Below the pieces are notes generated by a model. That model saw only the letters and a program-made list of their open reading frames with translations, did not search any database and was not told where the DNA came from. Shown in pieces: positions 17,551-28,400 of a stretch of DNA of 64,000 nt; within the stretch, counting starts at the first letter, position 1, and each line of letters starts with the position of its first letter. The position numbers and the translations under genes are program-made. Source of the stretch: a virus (taxonomy: Duplodnaviria; Caudoviricetes); IMG/VR virus record IMGVR_UViG_3300042691_033915, positions 1,005 to 65,004 of that record. The stretch is one strand, 5' to 3'.

Positions 17551-17949
17551 GTGGACGGTATATATGAAGCTTTCTTTACGGCGCTGAGCGGGGACTCGTC
17601 CCTGCAAACCTTGCTGGGCGGCTCGGCGACAGACAAGAAGGTATATCCGATCACAAACACGGGACGGAGCACGCTTCCTGCGGTGAGAATCGCAGTAGTA
17701 GCGGGTAGTAGCGACTTAGGGCTGCCTATTGACAGACCTGTTGTTGACGTGCTTATTGCAAGCAACGCCAGCGCGACAGAGCTGAATAATATTGGTAGTG
17801 CTATAGATGCGGTACTTAACCGTGAGCGTCTGTCTGGACCAAACGGGGCAGTCTTGCACGTAGCGCGTAAAATCGCACAACGTGACGGATATGACCCAAA
17901 CACTTTAGAATATCGGCGAGTAATCCGATATCAAGTCATAAAAACTTAA
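17551..17949 (+). CDS. tail terminator protein
   Basis: ALSGDSSLQTLLG..KVYP...; 132 aa; directly before the tail tube gene. Confidence 0.7.
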   Translation: MDGIYEAFFTALSGDSSLQTLLGGSATDKKVYPITNTGRSTLPAVRIAVVAGSSDLGLPIDRPVVDVLIASNASATELNNIGSAIDAVLNRERLSGPNGAVLHVARKIAQRDGYDPNTLEYRRVIRYQVIKT

Positions 17950-17961
17950 GGGGAGCAAAAA

Positions 17962-18702
17962 ATGCTTACACTTGGTTCCGGTACTATTGATATTGCTTTC
18001 TGGAAGCCTGGCGCAGAAGCCGGCTCGGGCAGCCGCACGGTTCCCTATTTCGATGGGACGACCGGCTACGGCAATTCGGGCGAGCTTGTGACCATTGGTG
18101 AAGTCGGCGGCGACGTCGAGTTCGACATTAACTTCCAGGAGCGCGAGTTCTACGGTCAGCAGAACTTCCCAGTCGCAAAGGCCTTCTTCGGCGGCCGCTG
18201 CGAGGTTCGTGCACGTGGCGTTGAGGTCAACTGGGATAACCTGAAGAACCTCTACCACAACGACCTTGGCGAAGGCACGACGACCACCGCCCTTGTCTAT
18301 GGCACCGCCATTGACACCCATGACGCATCCCCAGGAAGCTATTTGTTCCGCCCGTCAACTGGCGCCGGCGTAACGAATGATGCCGCTGAGCCAAAGCTCT
18401 CAGGCATGCTTCCAGGCGCAGGAACCGGCTTTGTCGGTAACACGCGCGTCGCTGGACAGGGTGGACAGTCAGCCCCGATGGGCCTGCCACGTCCTATTTA
18501 CGTTCGCTTTACGCACCGACGCTCGGATGACCCGTCCCAGACGGTCCGCATCCACCTGCCAAAGGCGTACAGCATGCAGCTGATGTTCCCGTTCACGCGC
18601 GAAGATATCGCAACGATGGACTTGGACTTCTCGGGCACCGTTGATCGAAGCTGCAAGGTTTCGAGCACCGTTACCCCGTCAGTTGTGTTCGTTCAGGCCT
18701 AA
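17962..18702 (+). CDS. major tail tube protein
   Basis: LGSG start, beta-rich, 246 aa, between tail terminator and chaperones. No sheath gene present. Confidence 0.75.
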   Translation: MLTLGSGTIDIAFWKPGAEAGSGSRTVPYFDGTTGYGNSGELVTIGEVGGDVEFDINFQEREFYGQQNFPVAKAFFGGRCEVRARGVEVNWDNLKNLYHNDLGEGTTTTALVYGTAIDTHDASPGSYLFRPSTGAGVTNDAAEPKLSGMLPGAGTGFVGNTRVAGQGGQSAPMGLPRPIYVRFTHRRSDDPSQTVRIHLPKAYSMQLMFPFTREDIATMDLDFSGTVDRSCKVSSTVTPSVVFVQA

Positions 18703-18915
18703 TTTAGGCTCTTAACGACTAGACAGCAAGGGGCCGCTGGGAGTAATCCTGGCGGCCCCAAGCGACCGCTACAAGAGTCGCACCCAATTACCCCCAACCG
18801 GGGCCACACACCATCTACGCTCCCCGTAGATTCGCACCATCTTGGTGTATCATATGTTTGCAGCAGTGCCGTTACGTTGACGGCACGCTATGCAGAGTAG
18901 TAGCAGGAGTAAATC

Positions 18916-19215
18916 ATGGCAAACCTGTCTCAGGTTAGACCTACGAAGGTCCTTACCCTTAATGACCTCGCCGATATCGAGGAGAAGTACGGCTCGCTTG
19001 ATCAGATTGACCTGACCAAGTTCACCGTCATTCGTTATATCCTTTGGCTAGTTCTGAAGAAGGACGAGCCGCAGCTTACCGAGCGCGAAGTGGGCGACCG
19101 CTTCAGCCTCGACACCATGCGAGAAGAGATCGATAAGGTCATGCGCGCAAGCGGTCTTCTTGGCGGTGAGGCTGAGGGCGCTGCGGGAAAAAGCGAGGAG
19201 GCGGCAAAGGCTTAG
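18916..19215 (+). CDS. tail assembly chaperone (gpG-like)
   Basis: AGGAG RBS; ends shortly after the slippery site G GGA AAA. Confidence 0.8.
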   Translation: MANLSQVRPTKVLTLNDLADIEEKYGSLDQIDLTKFTVIRYILWLVLKKDEPQLTEREVGDRFSLDTMREEIDKVMRASGLLGGEAEGAAGKSEEAAKA

Positions 19216-19466
19216 GTTGGAGCGAAATCGACTGGGGGAGCATCATGGCTTCCTACGCGGACAGCTTTGGCTTTACCCCCAGTGATTTTTTCAACTTAAC
19301 CCTCGCCCAGCTCAATGCCTTCTCTCAGTACGCTGAGAAGCGCGATGAAGATATGAAAAAGCGTTCCAAGGGCCAAGGAAATAAAAAGGGCGCAGGAACG
19401 TCAAGCATTGACTCCATTGAGCAGTTAGTGGCAACATTCGGTAAGCCGGGATTCGGCTCGTCCTAG
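19185..19466 (+). CDS. tail assembly chaperone frameshift extension (gpGT-like, -1 frame)
   Basis: The -1 frame from GGGAAAA at 19185-19191 is open through track ORF 19245..19466 (FGFTPSDFFNLTLAQL). Confidence 0.8.
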   Translation, partial: GKKRGGGKGLGWSEIDWGSIMASYADSFGFTPSDFFNLTLAQLNAFSQYAEKRDEDMKKRSKGQGNKKGAGTSSIDSIEQLVATFGKPGFGSS

Positions 19467-19485
19467 TCTCTTGTGAGGAAAACTC

Positions 19486-22400
19486 GTGGCAGATACGGCA
19501 GACCAGTCTAGCACTGGACAGATATCCATTGGTCTTGATACCAGTCAATTTAAGGCTGGAACACAGGCCATCCTTGCGGATATTCGACTGCTTACCCAGG
19601 GTCTTAATCAGTTTGAGGCAGCGGGAAGTAAAGTCGGATCGTCTTTCCGGGGGTTGCGACAAGCCTCTCTTTCACTTAGGCAATTCAGAAGTGCGGTCGA
19701 CGCGGACGCAATTCCTGCACTGCGAAAACTGCAGCTTCAGGCAAACGCCTCTGCTGCAAGCCTAAGCAGGGTATTCAACGTTGGGGCTCAGCCCAATAAC
19801 GCTGTTTCTGGTATTCAGCGCGTTACCAATGCCTTGGCGGCACAAGAGCGCCAGGCAATGCGAACCGCAGACGCGATGGCGCGTGCAGCGATGTCGCAAA
19901 ACCGCACGGGCGCAATGGCATTTAGAAATGCTGGGCGCTCAGGGAGCGGTTCCTTTGGTCGAGGTGGGGCAGGTACGGGAGCCGCAGGAACGCGCGGCGC
20001 CCGCTCCTCACTAGACGATTCCGGGGCGGCTGCCCGCTCTATACCCAGCATAGCGGGCATATCAAGGGCCGCGCTTGGCCTGGAGCTCTCTAAGCGCTCC
20101 GGCATGCGCAAGGCAGGAATTGCCGTTAGGGGCCGGACAGGGGATACGGGACCATCCTTTGACACAGACCAAGGATTTATAGCAAGAGAGTCCAGGTCGC
20201 AGCTTGGTTCCCGTCTTCATGCGCGAGAGCTTGGTCAATATATTTCAAGGTTGCTTGCCTCAGAAACTGGCGACGTCTCGTATCCAGTTGAATCATTAGA
20301 TCTAAGAAACTATGCATTCCGTGGGAGTCGATTTGGACCGCCAAAGCCAAGGCGAAGATCAGGACGCTACGGCACTCAGCAAGCAGACCTAGATCTCTTT
20401 GAAAAGGGATTAGAAGCAGGAGACTTAAACCTTATTGAGCAAGCCTTTGGCGGGCCGCGATCTCGCCTAAGAGAAGACGTCCGGCGTTTGCCTGCGTATC
20501 TGCAAAATTTAATTAAGATGGCTAGAAACGCCAGGAGATCCAGCAGCACTTTCTTCCCGCGCTCTAATCCTGGCAGGCCAATGTCGGTCCACATCCCCGG
20601 TCGAGGCCTAACAGAGCTCTCTAAGAAATCGGGCAGGGGCGGCAGCGGTGGCAACAAGGATATTGACCGCGTAGTTAGCCAGCTATTCCCGCAAGGATGG
20701 AAATTTGAAAAGCGTAAGGGCGGCCACAACGCCGTCATTGCTCCATCTGGCCAAAAAGTATTCTACCCATCATCAGCCTCAGACCGCCGCGCAGTACAAA
20801 ACTTTATTTCCGAGCTGCGCAAGAAGGGTGCCGTTATCGATGGTCGTGGCTACGGCGGCAAAGAGGGCAAGGGCGGGCCGAGCGAAATGTCACGACGCTC
20901 TGGCGGGCGACCCGTTGCTGAGACAGCCTTTGGTTTTGTGCCAGACCGCCGACTTCTGGAAGCAATGCGCAGGGGCGACATGTCGTTTGGCCAGGAGATT
21001 GGCGCTCAACGCCTAAACACAAGGAGAGTATCCGCCACTGTTTCTATGGGCGGAAGATCGGGCCCCGGAAGATATAGCGGCACGGCTATTGCCATGTTCC
21101 CAGAGAACGACAGGGGCCTTCGTGGTCAATCGGGGCGAGAGGTTGGAAGAAACCTTGGGCAAGGAGACAGAAAGACTAGGCGCACTAAACTTTCTCCATA
21201 TAGCCCGATGGCAGAAAAAGTATACGAGGTTCTTGGCGCAATGCTTGGGGCCCCTACGCCTGCGGTCGTTAGAAGAAGGCTAACTCCACTAGAGCAGCAA
21301 CTGGCCACTGGCGGGACACTGCCGCAAGTTGGTTCTTCAGCCAGGGCAAACATTGGAAAAACCCGCAGAGTTGCTTCTGGAAGATTTGAAAACCCACAAG
21401 TGCGTCAACGCCGACCAATGGGCCGCAATGCATGGATGATCCCGTGGCTTGACGATTTCCAACCAATGAAGAGCGTACTTCGCGGGCACCCGACATTTGA
21501 CAACGAGATTAGAACGCAGGCGACCAGACAACTTGGATCAACACGAGACATGCGACGCATCATGCTCCTTGATCAGATCCTTGGTCAGACAGATCGACAC
21601 GGCTCAAACATGATGGTCGGCAAGGGGCGCGGCGGAAAGCGAAGAATTCTTGGAATTGATAACGAGCATATGTTTAGCATGGGCGGCCTCAATAGGCCTA
21701 TCTCAGATCTTGATAGGCAGCTAAACAATACGCCGCAATTCTCGTCATTCTCTGCTCGCTATACGCCGAGAGATGTTCCGCAGGGTGGTGGCACATTGCT
21801 GCCGTGGATGACAAAAGGGAGCGGCTCCAGCCTTTCAAGAATTAAATTAACAAAGCAGGAGCAAGATGCATCTGCGCGCGAAGCAAAAACCCTAAGGGGA
21901 ATCCTTGGCGGCAAGAGGTCAATGAAGATTGTTGAAGAATCCTTCTTGACTGCTGGCTACTCCAAGAGGGACACCGATAGGTACATGGCGGCCCTTCGAA
22001 CAAGGCTAGAGGCTGCGGCAATTACAAGAGAGTCAGAGGCATCTTCCGGGAGCAGCGATGCCGGCGATTATTCGAAAATGTTGGAGATGTCGCGCCGATC
22101 TGGTGCACAAAGAAGGCTTGCATCAAGAGCCAGAGCAACTGGTCGCGGGGTCATGCTTCCTCATGATCTTCCTGGTGGCGATTTTGCGGAACTCCCAAGA
22201 CCGCTTCGGCTGCTTGGCGAAATGCTGCACAGAAAAGAAGTAAACAGGGTAGCTCGGCCGGTAGAGTTTGAAGATTCAACTAGGTCGTCTTTGGTTACGG
22301 GAGAAACGTTTACTCCTGGCCGAGCAAGCAGGGGCTCCCGCCCTGTAATTCCTCAAAACCTTGCTGGCCGAAGCCCAGAGCAAATTTTTGCAGAAGCGCT

Positions 22401-25400
22401 TGTTGCTTCGCACAACGCTGGTATGCGGGTTCGAGAGATTGGCGCAGACCCTGAACGTTTGATTAATGCTCAGCTGCAAGCTATGGGTGTTTCCGTTGCG
22501 CAAGATGGAAACGTTAGGAGAATTATTTCTCGATCAGATCAAATGACTGCAGCGCGCGCGTATCAATTGTTTAGGAGACAGCAAAAAGGAATGGGCTCAA
22601 TTGCCGCATTGTCGCCTGGCTCAGTTAACGTGAGCTCATGGTTGGGCCAACAAGGCGGCGACGAGGGCTCGCGCAAAGACCTTCTTGGCGGAGCCCTTGA
22701 TGCAATGAGCGGTTTTGATGCGTTTAGAGAGGTGAGCGCGGGCACCGCCGGGGCACGCAGAGATAGAAGGGCTGGTCAGAGCGGTAACCGCAGAATTGGC
22801 CTTACGGGCGGATTTATTGCTACCGCGCCTAATAGATTTTACGTTCCAGGGATGCCCGACGCTGCGGGCTTAAGGAATCTTGTTGTTGGCGCAATGACCC
22901 ACAGAATGCCTGGCACACACGAGCAGGGCAAGCTTGCCGGCCTAAAGGGCATTGGGGTGCCAGGTGTCGGCACTAGCCTTATGGCTTACGAGTTGCGTCG
23001 GCACGCGCGGGCGATCATGGAAGCTCGCAGGCGGTACCCCGGTGCCCTGGAGGCTAAGTACGGTGTAACCCCAGAAGATCTTTCAGCACTAGGCAGGCCG
23101 CAAGGTTCTCCTCGCGGCCTTAGCTTAAAGGCGAGCGGTTCTGGAATGGGCCTGTACGAAGCGCTTGGCTTTAGCTTTAGCGATCCCGTTGACGAAGACG
23201 GGAAACTACCGAGCCGATTTATGCACATGGGCGGGCACGCAGTTGTTGACACGTACGAAAAAATCCGCGCAGAGATTAAGCGCGTAGAGGCGGGCCTTGC
23301 CGCTCAGGGCATTGCTTACAGCCCAATGGAGTTTGCGCGAAGGTCGGGTAAGGCTTGGACCGACCCAAATCTTGAAGACCGAAGAACGAGTATTTCAAGC
23401 AGGCTAGTTCCAATGATTTCAGACCCAGAGCAGCTTCGCGTTTCAGAAGAAGACTTGCTTGGGCCGTTTACCAGGGGGACGCGTTTTAAGCTACAGAGCG
23501 AAACATACACTTCTGGCCCATCGGCAGGCAAGCCAATTGCCCGACCAAAATCCCATCGTGGAGTTAAATACTACACCGCCACAACTCCAGGCGGCATAAA
23601 GATCGTCAACATCCCCGAGGACATTGACAAGGGAAGATTGCAGCAACTAATTGCCTCTACGGAAACAATGCGCAGAAAATACCCAGACAAGTATTTTCAG
23701 GTAAACCTGCAATACGGCAAGAGCGACAGGGGGGCTCTGGGCACAGCTGATCTTGGCGGGTCATTAATGGAGCTACGCGACTCGCTGTTTTCGGAATTTG
23801 CAGAACAAACAACGGGGTGGCGAAATGATTTTGAAACATTTGCACCAAAAAACCCCAATCAGGTGCGAGAGCATTATGGGCCTTGGGAAGAGGGAAAGCG
23901 CAGAAAGTTCAGAATGGTCCCTCGTGGCGCCCCAGATGGACGCCACGAAACTCTTGACAACGCACAAACTTTGGTTGCTCACGAATTTGGCCATTTGTTT
24001 TCCCCAGATCAGTGGGGTAGACGGCTTTGGAAAGAGGCAGGATTCCAAGGAACAATGGCTGGCGCCTCGATGCCATACCTTGACTTTAGAAGAAGAGGTA
24101 AGGGCGTCTCAGGGGAATATGGCGACATGGCCACAATTTCCCAATGGCACGACCAGGGACGGAGCCCGGGCGGCGCAATAAAAGATTTCCTTTTGCCTTA
24201 CGAAAGAATAAACTCTAGAGGAAGCTACCGGGGTGCTCCGGGGTATTTTGGCGGGGAATACTCTCCAGGGAGTAAAGCGAATAAGGAAATGCTTGGATCC
24301 CAACATCCGTTGAGAGAAGAAATTTTTCCGGCCATGATGCGGAAGATTGGCGAACTTATGGTCATTGGTGAGTATGGCCCGCTTTCTGCAGTTCTTCCTA
24401 GGTATCAAAAGAAGACAACATCTAAGGGTCGAACACGCATGCCTGGAGACACAAAATTCCAAACCATTGAAGAGGCCATGGACGAACTTTGGAGGATTGG
24501 CGGATACCGCAACGCGGAAACCACATCCCCTGCTTCGGAGTGGTACGCCTCTATGTTTGAGAGGTACAGCACCAGATCATTTGGTCAACCCGGAGCTATC
24601 CCAAAGCACAACATGCTTGGCTATCGCGTTGCAAGGATAATAGCTAAAAACTCTGGCTGGGCTGAGTACAGCAAGCGCTCAGGTGGTATCGGCGGGATGC
24701 TTGGCGGTCTCTTTGGTAAGGGCAGACCGAACATCATGCAGCAGATCACGGGCGGACAAACCTATGGGATGACGCTAGAAGACCTGCTGGGCGGAGAAAT
24801 TATGCCCGGCATGGGAAAAGCGCCTGAAGGGTTCACGGGCGCAACTGGAAAACAAATCTTTAACCTGAAGACCATGGCTGGAGAAATTAGACAGGTTCTT
24901 GCGCAGCCAATAGGCGGCGAGTACTCCCAGGGTGGTCGATTCCCAAACAAGGCAATGGAGATCCTTGCTGGGCTTCTTGGGGTGGAGACCCCAACAATTC
25001 TGGAGCGCAGCATTGGCGGCAGGAGATTGGCCATTCAGCCGATAGCCCCAGCGGACACCGCAAGCAGATTTGTCCAGAAGCGCAACGCGCCCCCATCCAA
25101 GAGGGTTGATGTATGGGAAGACGACGAAATTATTGGCTTCTTCTCTCAGCCCTTAGGCCCGAGCTCAGATGATCCAGACCTTCGCAAGCAGCCGTGGCTT
25201 GCAAGCAGGGGCGGAAGGCGCATGCAGATCCTTGATCACATTGCGCAAACATTCGACCGTCATAATTCAAACTATCTTCTCAATTTAATTGACCCCCAGG
25301 CTGGCCTTGGTCAGCCTGGAAATTATCGCGTTACCGCAATTGACCACGATCTGACCCTTAGCCCACCGGGCACTGGGGTATTAGGTCGGAGTCCATATCG

Positions 25401-28400
25401 GCCAGCCAGCAATGTGCCAATTGGCATCCCCGGACAGTTCCGGGACACTCAAACAAAACTCGCAAGGGAAGAAGCCGCTACCCTTGCGGGCGTTATGACG
25501 CGGCGAAAAGTTATAGAGCCGCAATTGCTTGAAGCATTGCGAGCAGGGGGATATAGTGAGCAGGAAGCACTCGCAACAGTCGATGCTATCTTCAGACGCG
25601 CACGTGAAGCGTTTAGGAGTCGCATGGCTGAATCGCGGGGCGCAGCCCGGCCGGACGGTCGGGAACTATCACGAAGATCAGGGGGTGGCGGTATGAACGG
25701 CCTGACGAACCCCTTTGCCGAATACAGCAAGCGCAGCGGCGGCGCAGCCACAAAAGATCCATATACATCCTTGCAGACCGCCTTTGAGCAGGTCACCCTT
25801 ACCGCCATCAAGAACCTGAAGGTATCCCTTGCTGGGCAGAAAGTAAGTCCTCAACTCCTTAGAAGCAGCTTTGCATCTTTCCAGCAAACAATTCTTGACG
25901 CAGCTACGGGCCAGGGAGAATTTGCTGGCGGCTCGATGCAGAAGGCGCTGCGCGGCATTGCACCAAAGGCACGCAAGTCCTTGATGGGCATGTTCAGCGG
26001 CATCCTGCAGGATATGGTGGACACGGGCACCGCCGCATTCAAGCGTGGCGACTTGAAGGGCATCCCTCTTCGCAAAGTGCTGTTCGGCATGCTTGGCTCA
26101 GTGCCGTCAACCTATGCGCCAGACATTGCGCAGATTGCCGCAAACCCAGCGCTTCAAGGAAAGAAGCCGAGCGGGAGCAGGGACAGAATCCCAGGAATTG
26201 CCGGAATAAATAAATACGCCACTGGGCTACAGCAGCTTGGCGGAGTTCCAATAGCTGCAGGGTTGCGCCTTGCTGGCTCCGCCACGCTTGATCAGCACCT
26301 ATTGGATCAAGGGTTTAACCCAGAAAACTATCGAGGCAGGGCCGGAATTGTTACCGACCTAATGCAAAAATATATGCCGAGCAGCCCAGGACTTCCTTCG
26401 GGCCTTAGATTCACAGACACACTCACCCCAGACAGCGAGGGTCGAAGTTCTTGGGGTAACTACATGCCAAGTAGGGGTGCGGGCATGGTTGGGCCAGGAA
26501 CGGCATACCCAGATGATCGCGTTGGGCAAATTTCTCTTGATCTTGGTAGCCAGGGGGGCATGCGGCGAAACGGCCTGGACAGAAGCACAGTAACCATTGG
26601 CAAGCTACTGGCAACGACGGCACATGAAATTACGCACAAAATGGTTGATGAGGCACAACTAGAAGCCGCAAAACTTTCTATTGGAAAAACTGACGCAGAG
26701 AAAGAAGAAATTCTCAAAAAGGTTACGGCCGCCAGGGGCGTACCGCAGAAAGATAAGTATAGGGCATACTCTGGTATTTCCGGGGAATACATGTTTGTGC
26801 CAAAAGGCAGTGCCCCAATTGGCGCACGTCCAATACCGCTGGGTAGCGGACAAAACCCAGAGGCTTACAGCTACATGGAGCTGCCAAAGGGTTCAATTAC
26901 AGAGTCGGAATACAAGGCTTTAAGCCCCAAGGCCAAGGCATCTTACGAAAAGGGCTACGTAACTGCAGATCAAGCAAGGGCAATTGACTCCAATGCAGGT
27001 GGACAACACATTAACGTCCCTGGACACTTTGGGCCACAGGCAGCAATGCTTGATGATTTTGGTGCCGGAGTTACGGAGTACGCACAGCTTCTTGCAGCAT
27101 CTACAAGGATTTTGCAACCAGGAGAAACACAAGCAAGCCTGCTCAGGTCTACGGCACAAATGAATGCTGGGTCCCGAGCAAACATAACTAGCTTCTCTGC
27201 GGCAACCCCAGGGGTTGCGGGAGTTTTGAACCCATTCCAGGGCGGCTTGCTTAAGGCATTTGATCTTTCCAAGGCGACTGGCGTGGGCTCATCCATGAAG
27301 CCAGTTGCTGAATTCCTTGCAAGGCTTCAAAGGAATATGTCCAGTCAGATGACCGACGCAACGGCCGCTGGTGGGCTTGACCCTAAGGATCTTGGCTCCA
27401 TGTTTACAAAGGCGCTTGCAAAAGCAATAGAGGCAACGCCAAAGGGCGAGCGATCCAGCGCTCTTTCGGCAATACGCCCAGACAGAATGCTTGACGCAGC
27501 TGTCATTCTTGACAGCATCGGTAGAGCAAAAAATATTCCGGCGTTGACGCGGATGATTGATGCGGGCGGGGCAGTTCCCGCAGTTTCAAGCCCGCATGGC
27601 ATTATGGGTTCAGACACGGAAACCGACGCAGACGTACAAAAAATTAACCGAGAGCTTGCCCGGGGCGGAGGGTCTCGCAAAAGAAAGCCAGCGCCCGGAC
27701 CGGCCCCAACCCCAGGCGCAGGACCTGGACTTGGATCTTTGCCACCAGACAGAATTGCAGTCATTGCCCCTAAGGGCGCTGATTTGCTCAGCAAACTCAC
27801 AGAGATTTTGTCAATGGGTGTTTCTGGCGGCGGGAAGGAAAATATTCCTCTCCGCAAGGTTATTCGCAAGGAAGCCGGACTGCCCGACCGACCACTCAGG
27901 GGAACGCAGCTTGCCACGGATAGCCTGACGAGTTCGGGCATTGCTGCGCTTGCGGAGCAGTTCCCAGAGCTTCTGCCGTTTGTACGAGAGTACAGACCAA
28001 ACCATCCGCTTCTTGGGCCTCAGCCAGGAACCAGGCTTCCTGCCACGAAGCGCGGGCGACGCGGAAGCGTAATTCAGTCACGTATTTCGACCTCAACGGC
28101 GGTGCAGCCATACGCTGACACCATGGACCCAGACTATTACCAGAATCAGGCCGATGCAATCTTTGGCTCCCGAGTCAACGATGCCTTTAACATGCTTGGC
28201 GGCCAGAACGGTCTTGGCTATTCGCCACGGGGATTTGGCAACCATATGAACGTCCTATTGGACGTAATGCCAGAAGATCAACTTCAGGGAGGCATAGACA
28301 AGCTTAAGCAGTTTGGCGCAACCATGAAGGACGCCTTCCTAAACTCCAAGCCCGTAGTTGGTTTGATGCAGGACTTTGATGATGCAGTGCTTAGGGCGGC

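Noticed and set aside
17424-17903. N-terminal 160 aa of track ORF 16140..17903
   Set aside because: Overlaps the tail terminator gene antisense. A GGAGG RBS supports the start at 17423.
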